A stretch of DNA of 63,330 nucleotides, filler included, from Octopus bimaculoides (taxonomy: Eukaryota): NCBI RefSeq assembly GCF_001194135.2. It is 4 parts of 3 records of this genome, joined end to end, with 100 filler letters (N's around TTAATTAATTAA, not from the genome) between each part and the next. Parts side by side here need not be neighbours in the genome. Positions count along the whole stretch, not along the records: positions 35,313 to 63,330 come from NC_068981.1; 3 more parts are not named here. One strand, given 5' to 3'. Within the stretch, counting starts at the first letter, position 1. The number at the start of each line of letters is the position of its first letter. The notes below the pieces were generated by a model that made no database searches, was not told where the DNA came from, and saw nothing but the letters and a program-made list of their open reading frames with translations. A program made the translations under genes and the position numbers. Of this stretch, positions 51,077 through 63,330 are shown piece by piece.

Positions 51077-52989
51077 GTTTTCACAGCTATAAACATATAT
51101 TCCATACCTCAGAAGCAAGGTACCATTGAAGCATTATTATCATGGTAAATGCTGCCTCTCTTATGAAACACATAGTATATAATTACAAGCATATGTGATT
51201 CTCCTAAGGAATCATTATAACAATGGTAATGATTATTCAAGATGTATACACTTCATAAACTTGAAGCTGCTTGGAAATTTCTTTTCAAAATTACTTCCTA
51301 ACTTTAGAACAAGTACAGACAAAACAGTTCCTTACTCCTTTGAACACGAAATTCAAGCCATGTAGCGCTAAAAGCTAAGCCTCAGCAGAACAGGGAGACA
51401 ATCACTTAATTCACATATATAGACCATGTTTTGAAGTCTAAATAAGTGTCTTTTAAATTTTATTTCAAATGAGGTGCCAAGTAAATTAACCAAATACTTC
51501 ACTGTACCTATTTACACATTAATTCAGTCTAACAAGTTTCTGTATTGATAATTCATTGGATATCTTAGAATATCAGTTCTTAAATTTCATTTGAAAGTAC
51601 TTTTTCCCCCCTTGTCTTTTAAAATCTTTGTTATACAAAATATATCATTGTTACAAAATACACTATAATTTCAATCACAAACTCATTTAGCTGTTTTCCC
51701 TTTCTTTAAAATAATATGTCAGTACTGGTGTGCAGATATTTAGCAGTAAAAAAATAGTTGGCTAGAATTTTAGAAGTAAATCTTTTCTCTCATTTGGCAC
51801 TCTATTCATTAAGTTATGCTGACAACATATGGAAAAGATAAGACTTAGATCTTTCTTTCCAGTGTGTTCATGCATCTCTTTCATCATTTATATACTGGAA
51901 AATGTATCTTTATTTGCTACTTATAAGTTCTAAATCTGATTTGGAAGAACTGTACTAATAGTTTTGTCAGACAATTTTAAACAATCAGGATTGTTGATGG
52001 ATGGAAAATGTTGATTAGAATGGGGTTTTAAAGGGTATGGTTTTAGGGAAGATGGATGAGGCAATCTAGAAAGTAAAATACAGCAGGAATGTTGTAGAAG
52101 CAGTATAGAATTGATAGTTTAGAGGAGCAGAGGTGATTGGGAGTTATGTTGAAGGTTATAGGAGAGGACATAACATGATGGTAAACTGATGATTACAAAA
52201 ATATCTTATCGCATCCTTAAGCAATTTCAGTGGATGAGTGGTACACAGTTCAAAAATCCCTACTACAGAGCAACGGTGAAGGAAATTTAGGGTATCTTTT
52301 TGATTTTTTCCATGCTCTTAGATGCAGCTGAGAATGTTTTAGGATATTATAAGTACACCACCCATGTTGTATAAAACAGTATTACTATGTCATGTATACT
52401 TGAATTTTGTAATGGTTTAAAAACTATTATTTAACCTTTGTGAGACAGTTTTGTCTGTGACTAGGATTATAATTTTTACAAATGTGAAGTATACGCTGTA
52501 AATGCCAATTCATTTATAATCATCTATTTCAGCAGTCCAGTATTATCTCCTGGATTTATTGTTCTATTTGACAAATTTACTGTTCTATTTAATATCAATC
52601 CTCTGTTGTCATGTTAAACAGCAGCAAATAATAGTCATTCAAAAGCAAAAAAAGTAAGAAAGAAAAGAAGCTAAATAAAATAGTTGTGTAATATTATTAT
52701 AAATGCGAAATCAAGATAACTAAAATAGGAAAAGAGTGGAAGGAGTTCAGGGTATTTTTGTTACTTCTGTTAAAACAAAGATCTTTTTGTCTGTGTGTGT
52801 GTGTGTAGAAGTCAGACCATATGGTAATTATTTAAGGAGTATGGTTGCTGTATAGCAGTGAGAAATGTGCAATAGATGGAGAAGCGAGAAGCTGTGTATC
52901 AGAGGAGTGGAGAACTAAGTTGATTAATCCCTCTCCCATTCTGCTGGCCTTGTGCCTAAATAAGAATTGATGGAGAAATCTGTTCCATC

Positions 52990-54730
52990 GATTAATTGTA
53001 CTCCTTTGAAAAACCAAACATTAACATTGTTAATGTTGGTGGGTTTGTCTTGTATGTTTTGTTGTTACTGTTGTTGTTAATCTTGATTCCACCACTCTTC
53101 CTGTGTTTGTGGATTTTGTTGTTTTTGTTGCTGTTGAGATCATGGTCATGGTGTGGGTGTGTTGAGGGTTTGCAAATGTTTACTACTCTCTGGAATAAAA
53201 AAAAACTTTCGTCTTAGAATGGCTATTTGTTATTGATGTTTGTTGTTGCTTAAAAGATACCTGTTGCTATTTGTGTTGCTGCTGTTGGTGGTGGTACTGT
53301 TGTTGTAGTTGTATTTTTTGTTGTTGATATTACTGCTTCTACAGTAGTTGATTCACTTTTTGCTGCATATTGTTGTTGTTTATTGTGCTTCTTCTGCTGC
53401 TTTTGCAATTATGTTGTTGGGTTTGTTGTAGATGTTTTTCATGTGGGGTTTGCATGAGTGCCATTCTGCTGTCTGTTGTTCATTTTTTATTTTATTTATT
53501 TATTCTTTTGCAGACAAAACACCCTTAAATAGATGTTAGTACCACAAAGATAGCACTTTGGTTTTCTATCATCGTCCACCACCAAAAATGACAAACTGTT
53601 TGAGAGAATGAGGAGGTGAGGTATTTTCTAAATGTTTTTTAGGTTCTCTTTGATTATCGCCATACAAGTTCCCTGGCACCCACTTTCTCAGTACAACTTT
53701 TCTGTATGTAGAGTGTTTCATTCATCTTTATCATTGTATGATTTTGAAAGCTATCATCCACCAAATGTCCATTTATGATAGGAGATCTTTCAATTTCACC
53801 TTTGTCAGGAAGGAACTAGTAAAAATTCCTCATTCTGTAAGAGAGAATGGAAGAGTGAGCTCATGTTTGTTTTTCATATCCATCATTTTGAATTGCTTGT
53901 CATAAGAGGTTAAAATTTTGTTATTCCATTTATCTCTCAAGCATTTTACAACCTGACCCGTTTCAGAGTTGATACATCTCTAAGCTACAGTGCATTTGTT
54001 AACATTGTTTAACTCTTAAGCATTTAATCCAGCCCAAATATTCTACTTGTTTTATGTTCAAACTGATCAGATCCAACCTCTCACACCTACTCTACAATAT
54101 CATTCTGAAAACATACAAACACACCCTTAAAATCTTGAAGCTACAAAATATTGTGTAATGAATTCAAGACAAGGTGAATAAATAAGCAGTACATTTGACA
54201 AAGAAATCTGAATGCTAAAGAGTTAATAACCCTGTCAGTATCAGCAAAAATGCTCATCTGCCTTCTTACTTTATAATTTTCATACCTTCTAAAGGTATAA
54301 TGGTACTGTCTGAGGTAGTTTTGCTATGTATTTAGCAGTGGTTATGATTGTGGTGGTGTTGTAATGTTGAAGTTACTGCTGTCCCTTGCAGCAGTAGATG
54401 CAGATGAAGTAGTTGTGTTGATGGTTGCCATAGAGCAATCCATTCATATCTCATTCTGCTGAGCAGTTATTAACTGTATTACTGATGTTAGCTATTTGAA
54501 TTAGTAAGTGTCAAACTTGGGAATTCTTCTTGAAATTGAATAAATGCTTGTTGATCGTATCACATCTTTCATTTTTCTTTTTCTTTGCACTGTTATTGTT
54601 GCTGTTGGTGTCATTACAGTTATTGTTTTTAGTGGTGTTGTATTTGTAAATTTCATCTTGGCATAATTTTTCCTTAGCTTCAATGCCATTTTCCAAGCAA
54701 GGAGTGTAGTTTATTTTGTCTTTCACTCTT
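52990..54730 (-). mobile_element. Decayed ORF1 of an L1/Tx1-like non-LTR retrotransposon
   Basis: Minus strand reads ...IPHLLILSNSLSFLVVDDDRKPKCYLCGTNIYLRVFC. The CX2CX4HX4C knuckle at 53514-53555 carries H->Y. Thr/Asn/Gln-rich low-complexity segments flank it, with multiple stops. A piggyBac MITE interrupts it. Confidence 0.55.
54013..54222 (-). mobile_element. piggyBac-type MITE
   Basis: TTAA|CTCTTAAGCATT...AATGCTAAAGAG|TTAA, with TTAA at 54009-12 and 54223-26. Confidence 0.85.
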
Positions 54731-54954
54731 TCTTTCTCCTCTCTCCCTTTTTTTACACTTTTTTTTACTCTTTATTTGCTTTGTAATTCTGTCTCAAGCA
54801 TTACTATGAAGTCGTTGTTTGCCATTTTTAAACTTGGGGTTTAAAAATTGATTTGGCACAAATTTACAATTAAAATTCAACAGTCTATTTTAAATTTGGG
54901 AGGCTATTTTAATTTTCCTTGAGGGAAATCTTACAATTAGAATATTTTATTTTA

Positions 54955-55224
54955 TTTTATCAAACCCCTAAAAGGATAAAAGGTAAAGTGAACTTCAGTC
55001 AGATTTGAACTGAAGAACACAAGGAAATGGAACAAATTGAGCAAAGTATTTTTATTTTCCCAACACCTCTTCCATTATTATTATTATTATTAAATCTCTC
55101 TGAGGTTGATTTTGCCTTTCATCCATTCGGGGTCGATAAAATAAGTACTACTGAAATACTGGGGTTGAAGTAATCAGCTACCTGCTCCCCGCAAATTTCT
55201 GGCCTTGTGCCTATACTTGAAAGA

Positions 55225-55268
<44 letters not shown>

Positions 55269-55715
55269 CACCATGAAGGCAGTAAGCTGACAGAATTGTT
55301 AGTACACCGGGCAAATTGCATAGTGGTATTTCATTCATCTTTACATTCTGAGTTCAAATACTGCTGAGATCTATTTTGCTTTTCATCCTTTTGGGGTTGA
55401 TAAAATAAGTACCAGTTGAGCACTGGGGTTGATGTAATCGACTTACCCCACCACCAAAATTGCTAGCCTTGTGCCAAAACTTGAATATTATTTAGGCAGC
55501 AAGCTAGCAGAATCATTAGCACATAAGACAAAATGCTTAGCAGCATTTTGTCAGGCTCTTTATGTTCTGAGTTCAAATTCTGCTGAGATCAACTTTGTCT
55601 TTCATCCTTTCAAGGTCAATAAAATAAGTATCAGTTGAGCCCTGGGGTTGATGTAATTAACTAGTTCCCTCTCCTCAAAATTTCAGGCCTTGAGCCCAGA
55701 GTAGAAAGGATTATT
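54955..55715 (+). mobile_element. Second cluster of four tandem SINE copies with (ATT)n spacers
   Basis: Same module as 35868-36750. Copies start at ~54960 (partial), 55086 (partial), 55278 and 55494. Confidence 0.85.
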
Positions 55716-55738
55716 GTTATTATTATTATTATTATTCT

Positions 55739-55769
<31 letters not shown>

Positions 55770-55770
<1 letters not shown>

Positions 55771-57500
55771 TGTGGTCAGTGGATGCTTACTGCTGATGAA
55801 GCTGTCTTCATGACATTACCCATCAAGGGGAGAATGCTGACCTCATTTCTTTCAAACCTTCACCTGTTCTCAGTAGTCACAGCCTATGTCTCACTGCCAT
55901 GTAGCAAAGCTGTTTTTACACAGACATCATACAATCTACCATTCACTCTGAGGGAGAGGCCCTTTGTTACCAACAAAGGTAAAAGCTCTCTGAACTTTGC
56001 CCAGCCTATTCTTATATAAGCAGCTATGCTTTCAGAACTACCTCCTCCACTGCTAACTTGGTCACCTAAGTAACGGAAACTGTCTACCACTTCTGAGGAT
56101 TCCCATGAACATTTGAGAGAGTCTACTTTCTGTACATTTCTGTTTGATGCACATCGGCCACATGTAAAGACTACTTTCTCTGTTAACCTCTCTGTGATAC
56201 CACTGCACCTCTTATGTGTCCATAGCTTGCACTGGGTGCACCATATGGGATTTCTACCAACACATTTTTTACATATCAAGCAGGGCCATCTCCCTGAAGG
56301 GATCAGTGAGTTGTCTGTTTTCCTACTTACTAGGACTGTGGTCTTTGCTAAATTAAGTCTAAGGTCCTTTGATTCCAGACCTTGCTTCCACACCTGAAAT
56401 TTCTTTTCTAGTTCTGATAGTGATTCAGCAATAAGAACAAGGTCATCAGCATAGAGGAGCTCCCAAGGGCAGCCTATCTTAAGTTCCTCTATTATGGCCT
56501 GGAGGTCTATGATAAACAAGAGGAGCTGAAAACCAACGTCTGATGAACTCCAACCTGTACACTGGATTCATTGTTACACTTGTTGCCAACCTTCACCTTA
56601 CTGACAGCATTCCTGTACATGGCTGGTACAGTCTTCACCAATCACTCATCTATTCCCATCTTCACATTTCCCACTAGATAAGATCAACAAAAGCCAACTA
56701 CTTCTCTTGCAGCTGCCACTCCAGGAAGATAGCATCAGCAGTGCTTCTTCCTTGCACAAAACCAAACTGCATCTCACCTAGCCTAACTCTCTTCCTGATG
56801 AGTTGAGCTATTGACCCTTTCCATAACTTTCATTACTTGGTCTAGCAATTTGATAACTCTATAATTATTTCTTTCTAAGGCATCACCTTTACCTTTGTAG
56901 CTGTTGACTATAATTCTTCCACACTAGTCATTGGACAACATGATTAACTATATAGGTGACTAGGCCATATCCTACTCTGCCAGATATTTTAAGAACTCAG
57001 CAGTGATTCCTGATGGGCTGAGGGGTTTTCTTGTCATCATATCCTCCATTGTTATATTAACTAAGCTACTGTTGATTTAGATAGTTAGTACTTCTGTTGG
57101 GTCCATATTAGGCAGGCTCTCCTTATCCCATGCATTCTCTACATTTAACAACGTTTCATAGTGGCACTTCCAAGCTTCCTTATTTGCAATACCACTAACT
57201 GCAAGTGAGCCATCATCCATGCCAACACACTTCTCTCTACAATATCGCAATTCTCTCTGACATACTGTCTTGCAATCTGAAATGTCTCAAGACTCTGGTT
57301 CTCATGCCACAGAACATTGGCAGACTTCTTCTTTTCTGCTTCTGCCTGGCTAAGTATACCTGTCTTCTAATTTTCTTTCTAGCTATCTGATATAGTTCTC
57401 TGCTATTACTATTTTTCCAATCCTTTCAGGCCTGTTTCTTTGTTCTAATGACCCTGTCTACTACACCATTTCCACCACCACATCACCCAAGGTCTGGTTG
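55770..57500 (-). mobile_element. RTE-clade LINE fragment (reverse transcriptase) with a PHD-like Cys/His insert
   Basis: RT motifs YKGKGDALERNNYRVIKLL, WELLYADDLVL, YLGDQV and LLHGSET. A CxxC...CxxC...HxxC...CxxC segment (56151-56282) lies between YADD and YLG. Confidence 0.9.
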
Positions 57501-57531
57501 GGACTTTGCACTAACCACAGATTTTGTCTGT

Positions 57532-57532
<1 letters not shown>

Positions 57533-57625
<93 letters not shown>
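57533..57625. repeat. (CA)n microsatellite
   Basis: Direct inspection. Confidence 0.95.
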
Positions 57626-57627
<2 letters not shown>

Positions 57628-57878
57628 CATGCACATATATGAAAGGGTAAGATCCAGGAATCCAAGTGTAGGAAGTTTGTAAGCTACGAGCAGTCTGTGG
57701 TAGGTATAGAAAACAAAAAGTGGACAGTGTACAATCAGGAACAATAACAGTTTACTGGCATTGAAAGTTACACACTTTTTTTCATATCAAAGTTACAAGG
57801 AAATTTGATAAACTCGAAGTTTCTGTATAGCTTAGAAACATATGTCACATGCATTTTATCTGCTCCACTCTTTCAGTT

Positions 57879-57922
<44 letters not shown>

Positions 57923-59370
57923 TAATTATATATATATATATATACATGCACACACACATACATATGCATATATATGCATGCATATATATATATAAGTATA
58001 GATGTATGTGTGTGTGTTTGTGTATACATATATACACATACATCTACTCGAACATATATATATATATACAGGCATATACATACATAGGTATATACACACA
58101 TACAAAGCTACATAATGTATTGTGATTAATTTACTTGCTGACTATTAATATCTGCAACAGCACCAATTTTCTCATTCTAATGAGCGAATAATGTTATGGC
58201 TGACACATAGAGTCAATACCACATGGGTTTGAGAAAACATGATATATTGAGAAGAGAGGCATCTGACGCTGTTACTAATTTGCTTGTGATAATCTTGATA
58301 GTTCAGCAAACTGTCAATGGATTGTTTACTCTTTTAATAAATTAGTGAAGGTAGTACAGTTAGGTTAGTCAAAGAATGCCAAGTCTGCAATCTATTTCTC
58401 ATATCCCATTTATAACCATTTTCAAAATAGCTCATGCAGAAAGACATGAATATTACAAAATTTTATGTTCTATTTTTGTTTTTTAAATCTAAAGCTTTCT
58501 GTTTCTATATGGTATTATTATAAATGTAAGTTTTGATAAATTAGAACAGTGCTTCAAATTATTTATGTACTAAATTCAGTTATGCTCCTGAATTTTGTAT
58601 AGTTTTTCATTTAGAGAATTAATAGCATATTTTCATATTTTTTAATGAAATATCTGTGATTTAAATTTTTTTATTGGTTTAATCTAGCGGAAGGGCTAAA
58701 AACCAAATTATAGAGTACACAAGCAGTGGCAGAGTGTGGGTGAAAGAGAATGCTATCAGTACACATTATGTCAATTTGATCTGACAGGGAGCCACCAAAC
58801 CAAAAGCAAGAGAGTGATAGAGCCCACAAGTGGACCATCTTGCTAGGAGATTTACATGCTAGACATAGTTGAATGCTTTACTGATGTTAACTGCAACTTA
58901 TGGCAGGTTATGGTTCATCCAAGGTTATTGTTCATCACAATTCTTTATTGTAAATCCATGGATGGGCTCCAGATAAACTGGTTTTTACACAGTGATATAT
59001 AGAAAACAAGCTAAACATATATAATGACCATTAACTTGTTTTATTCACATATAAGTGACAACCTTTTCTTAGTTTCCATCAATCAAATCTACTGACAAGT
59101 CTTTGGTTGGCCAAGAGCTATAATAGAAAACTTTATATGGGAATACTTGAGTGAATATGTGTGTATTTATTTGGTTTAGTCCCGAATCAGCTCTGATCAA
59201 ACAAACCTGTGATAGAAAGCTTTTCAGTCATGACTTTGCTGTCTTCACCCATCATTACACTGTAATTAGGATCACTTTTTCAATGTGCTCTCTTTTTGAA
59301 ACAAATAAGGTAAAGTGTGATTTCAAGTAGATTTGGTAGCTATTTATAACAAGTTGAACAACTATATATA

Positions 59371-60525
59371 CAGGGGTTGGACAAAATAATGGAAACACCT
59401 TAAAATTTCAAATGAATTTATTTTAATATGGGGTAGGACCGCCTTTGGCAGTAATTACAGCTCAAATTCTACAAGGTATGGACTCATACAAAGTTTGAAT
59501 TGTTTCCAAAGGAATTTTTGTCCATTCTTCAGCTAAAACAGTCTCCAGTTCTTGTAGTGATGATGGTGGAGGGTAACGACTCCTTACTTGTTTTTCTAAA
59601 ATGCACCATAAATGTTCAATAATATTGATATCTAGGGACTGTGGTGGCCAGATAAGATGTTCAACTTAACTAGAATGTTCCTCATGCCATTCAGTAAGAA
59701 CTTTAGCTATGTGAATTGGTGCATTATCATCCTGAAAGATTTCGTTTCCCTTCAGAAACAGTTCCGCAACCATAGGATAAATTTGATCAGATAAAATGCT
59801 TAAATAGTCTTGACAATTAATTCTCCCATGAAGGGAAACCATTGGGCCAGCGAATTTCCAAGATATAGCTCCCCAGATCATCACAGATCCTCCTCCATGT
59901 TTAACAGTTGGAAGAAGGCAGTCTGAGTCAAATGCTTCTTTTGGCTGCCTCCACATGTATACTTGGCTGATGGTCGTAAATATGGTAAAGGATGACTTGT
60001 TCAAGAAAATAACATTCTTCCACTGCTCTAGGGACCAATTCTGTAGGTTTTTTACTCCAAGGTTTGTTTTTGAAAGTAGTGGTTTTCTGATTGCAGCCCT
60101 CCTGTGAAATCTGGCTTTGTGCAGCTCCTGGTGAACAGATTTTGTGGAAACTAGGTTCTCAAGGAGGTTGTTAAGCTCTGCAGTAATTTTGGGAGCTGTA
60201 CTTTTGTGATTCTTTTTAACAATTCGTGTAAGAGTCCGACAGTCCCTATCTTGATACACCAAACATTTCAGCCGTGTTCGTTACACTAGCGCCTGCCATA
60301 CGAGCACCAAAAATTTGACCTCTTTGAAAGTCCAATAGATCTGTCATTTTAATGAATTTTAATTACTTTTTTCTGATATCTGAAAAGAAACAGCAATTTT
60401 AGCAAAACATATTAAGCAACACTAATAATAAATCAAAAAACATAAAAGTTAACATGCTTTTGATGGTTTTATAGATATTTCAAAATTATGATGCTAGGTG
60501 TTTCCATTATTTTGTCCAACCCCTG
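59371..60525 (-). mobile_element. Tc1-family (DD34E) transposon, internally deleted
   Basis: Perfect 30-bp TIRs (CAGGGGTTGGACAAAATAATGGAAACACCT) with TA flanks. Transposase runs 60347->59423 (MTDLLDFQRGQI..., KHGGGSVMIWG, FQDDNAPIH, SLDINIIEHLW, GGPTPY*) with a deletion after the first HTH. Confidence 0.95.
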
Positions 60526-61122
60526 TATACTTCATCAGGTGTGCATGTATTCATTATGAAAATAAGCCTGACAAAAAACATGCTGCCATAGCTTTGGTTG
60601 TTTTAAAGATATATTTGGAACAAATGTCACAGTTAACAACCAGAAATAAACAACAAGGGAGGTGGGAAGAATATTTGAAAATAAAAATAGCTCAATGTTC
60701 CAGCTAATTTTATTTTCCACAACGTTCATTTCAAATATATTTTGAAATAAAAAATTAAGAGAAAATGATTTAATGCCATCTTGTGTCATTGATCTGATGC
60801 TAAAAGAACTGTAGTCTTCTGCTTTGCATCTTCTTCACCTAATTACACTTTGGCATCATCATCTTAACTGGCTACGTTACTTACTGGTAGCAAACCAGCA
60901 AATTATATTATCAATCTTTAAAAACCTAGTATATTTACATCTTACTTCCTCTTTGCAACTTAGTTACAATCATGACAACACTTATTGACTTCAATATAAG
61001 CTCAAAATTTTACTGTTTCCTGTATCAGACTTAGAGCTTTGTAAACTGAGAAAGGAGTGACAGATCACCAATAATAAGTTCAGAGTATTGGATATACTAT
61101 TGAAAAATACCTACCTCTATAA

Positions 61123-61537
61123 CAGTGATTCCCCACCAGTAGGGCCTGGGAAAATTGTGGTGGGGCATGGTCTCCCCAATTTTTTTTTTTAGTTAAACCT
61201 GGAATTGTGAAAATCCTTTTACACAGCAAACATACTACACCTATACTCAGCCTACCCAAACCAATACCTCCAGCGAAGTATACTGCATGAAGACTGTTTA
61301 GTACAATATAGTGCTAATCTAATGACCTAGTGTTGATATTTCTTCAAGGAAAGTATATAATCATGAGATGTCAATACTTAGTACTCAATAAAAGAATTAC
61401 CAGTAGATTCTTTTTGTATCAAATAATTGTGATAAAATATTAAAAATAAAGTTGTTTTTTTTCCAACCACCAGTGGGGCAAATATTTTTCTGGAAAGTTA
61501 TAGTGGGGCCTAGGGGAAAATAGGTTGGGAAACACTG
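61123..61537. mobile_element. hAT (Charlie-like) MITE
   Basis: Termini CAGTGATTCCCCA / TTGGGAAACACTG. Flanks CTCTATAA and CTCTATAT form an 8-bp TSD matching at 7 of 8 positions. Confidence 0.8.
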
Positions 61538-62249
61538 CTCTATATGATCACAAGGAATAACAGCTTAATCTCCCTAAAATAATACCTAATACCTTATTCT
61601 CTTTAAAAATTGTTTTTCTAGATAATAATCTGAATAAAAAGCAAAATGATGAAATGGCTACCTTTGATCATAGGACTACTTCTTCAAGGCCGACTATTAT
61701 TACTCATCTGATACTCATGATCGACAGTTTGATCCTTTTGTTGCCATTGTATATAAATGTATAAAACTATTTAATGTTGTTAGCTGTAATGGTTAGGCTA
61801 GTTTGCATACAATGAATTTATCAGTAGTGTGATTAATAATTCATGGATATTTATGCACAATGGAACATGAATTAGAAAATTTTAAATTGTTTGTTTTGAA
61901 ATTGCATTTTTCCTATAAAGTTCTCTTCATGGGCAACAGGATGAGAAGATACTTCTTTGATGAGTGGCTAACAAATCATGTAACATGTCAGGAAAATCTG
62001 TTTTTTTTTAATGAGTGAAAATAAGAAAGTGTATTTGCATTTGCTCAGAATTTCACAGTGAAGGTTTAATAAAAAAGAAAAATGGAAAAAAATGTAGCTC
62101 TACTACACTTACACCAGATTGTTTGTAACACACATTATGTTGTGCATGGTTCAGGGTTCAATTCTATTGTATGGCACCTTGGACATGTGTCTTCTAATAT
62201 TGCCTTGAGCTGACCAAAGCCTTGTGAATGTACTCGGTAAACAGAAACT

Positions 62250-63200
62250 GATTTGATAGGGTTGCCTGGCCTTTCAACAACCTTAATTCTTAGCTTAAGT
62301 TTGTCTAGTGCCCTTCTAAGGGCATTAGACAAAGAAGGGCACTAGACAAACTTAAGCTAAGAATTAAGGTTGTTGAAAGGCTAGGCAACCCTATCAAATC
62401 CCTTATCAGTAGAACATACCCTTTTAGTAGAACCCCCTGCACTGATAGGAACTGTACTGTATGTAAATTTAGCCCACAAACAAACTGTAAAACCAGAAAT
62501 GTGGTCTATAGTATAAGATGTACAGAGGGATGATGCAGTAACAAGGCATTGGAGGGAACTTAAGGAAGAGAAGAGTTCATCAGTTCTGTACCAGCACGCT
62601 GAGCAGGAACACAGAGGCTCACTCAACAACATAGAAATTAAAATCTTGTCCACACATAGAACAGACGCAGCACTTAGACAAATTACAGAAGCTACACACA
62701 TAATAGAAGATAAACCTAGCCTGAGTAGGAAACTGGAATGGAACACTAACAGACACCCCCAACAAACCACAACATATGACAATAAATTCTCCATAAACTG
62801 ATAACAATATGAACAAAATATAATACAATACATAGATAAACAAATGGAGTTAAATACTACCTACAGTAACAAAATTAAATTAAATAAAAAAAAATTTAAA
62901 AAACACAAAAAAACAAGTAGGTATAAACACATGAACAAATAAATAAATAAAAACAAAAATAAACGAACATGTATTAACAGAGGATATAGATAATACAGGT
63001 ACTCCCCATACACACACATGCACTTACAAAACATAGACACACATAGAGGGATACGCATGCGTAGACAAATACAATAGGAATACAAAATACAAAATGGCTG
63101 ATAGTTAGCAAGGTGGGACAGACATAAGAAAGAAGAAAGCAAAGGACCACTGATGAGGTCACAGAAGTGTGCCAAAAGAACTCTGGTCGAAATAGGATTA
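62250..63200 (+). mobile_element. Penelope-like retroelement 3' fragment with a 5' inverted segment and a hammerhead motif
   Basis: 62333-62533 reads RRALDKLKLRIKVVERLGNPIKSLISRTYPFSRTPCTDRNCTVC...CKTRNVVYSIRCTEG*. After a frameshift, 62529-62801 reads ...SSVLYQHAEQEHRGSLNNIEIKILSTHRTDAALRQITEATHIIEDKPSLSRKLEW.... This is a GIY-YIG domain with the YIG segment lost. A 68-bp inverted duplication sits at the 5' end and a hammerhead at 63145-63188. Confidence 0.85.
63145..63188 (+). ncRNA. Degenerate minimal type-I hammerhead ribozyme motif
   Basis: Layout: GACCA-CTGATGA-GGTCAC-AGAA-GTGTGCC-AAAA-G-AA-C-T-C-TGGTC. Helix I is GACCA/TGGTC, with the CUGAUGA core and helix II intact. GAAA is mutated to AAAA at 63174. 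The cleavage triplet is CUC. Confidence 0.65.
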
Positions 63201-63209
63201 ATGTAATGT

Positions 63210-63330
63210 AATCTATATATATATAAATGAGAATGTGTGTCTGTCTGTCTGTCTGTGTGAATCCCTAAAACTCGAGAACTACGCAACCAATTTCATTCAA
63301 ATTTTACACATGCCTTACTTAGGGTTCCAG
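63210..63330 (+). mobile_element. 5' end of a Helitron-like non-autonomous element running off the window
   Basis: TCTATATATATAAATGAGAATGTGTGTCTGTCTGTCTG...AACTACGCAACCAATTTCATTCAAATTTTACACA: a TC start followed by a (TCTG)n tract. Called by pattern resemblance only. Confidence 0.45.

Overview
AT-rich, repeat-dense eukaryotic scaffold with many N-gaps. The SINE, RTE, Penelope and mariner content and the (CA)n/(TA)n/(AAT)n microsatellites point to an animal, most likely an octopus-type cephalopod (inference). Two host-gene pieces are supported, both on the minus strand. One is the first coding exon of a universal stress protein (UspA-domain) gene (3896-3959). The other is the terminal exon of a putative ER-resident, thioredoxin-like-fold protein ending in KQEL (22001-22464). 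The rest is mobile DNA: a truncated Mag-like Ty3/Gypsy element with a tRNA-Leu PBS, two mariners, a Tc1, an RTE LINE with a PHD-like insert in its RT, relics of RLE-type and L1/Tx1-type LINEs, tandem SINE clusters, several foldback/MITE elements and a ~1.7-kb 34-bp minisatellite. The most notable signal is invisible to the ORF track: two Penelope-like 3' fragments, each with a GIY-YIG C-terminus followed by a CA-rich spacer and a minimal type-I hammerhead ribozyme (5438-5483, complete core; 63145-63188, G12 mutated). A third, degenerate hammerhead-like motif lies in a head-to-head inverted pair at 34.6-35.0 kb. All calls were made by eye; no database searches or folding programs were run.
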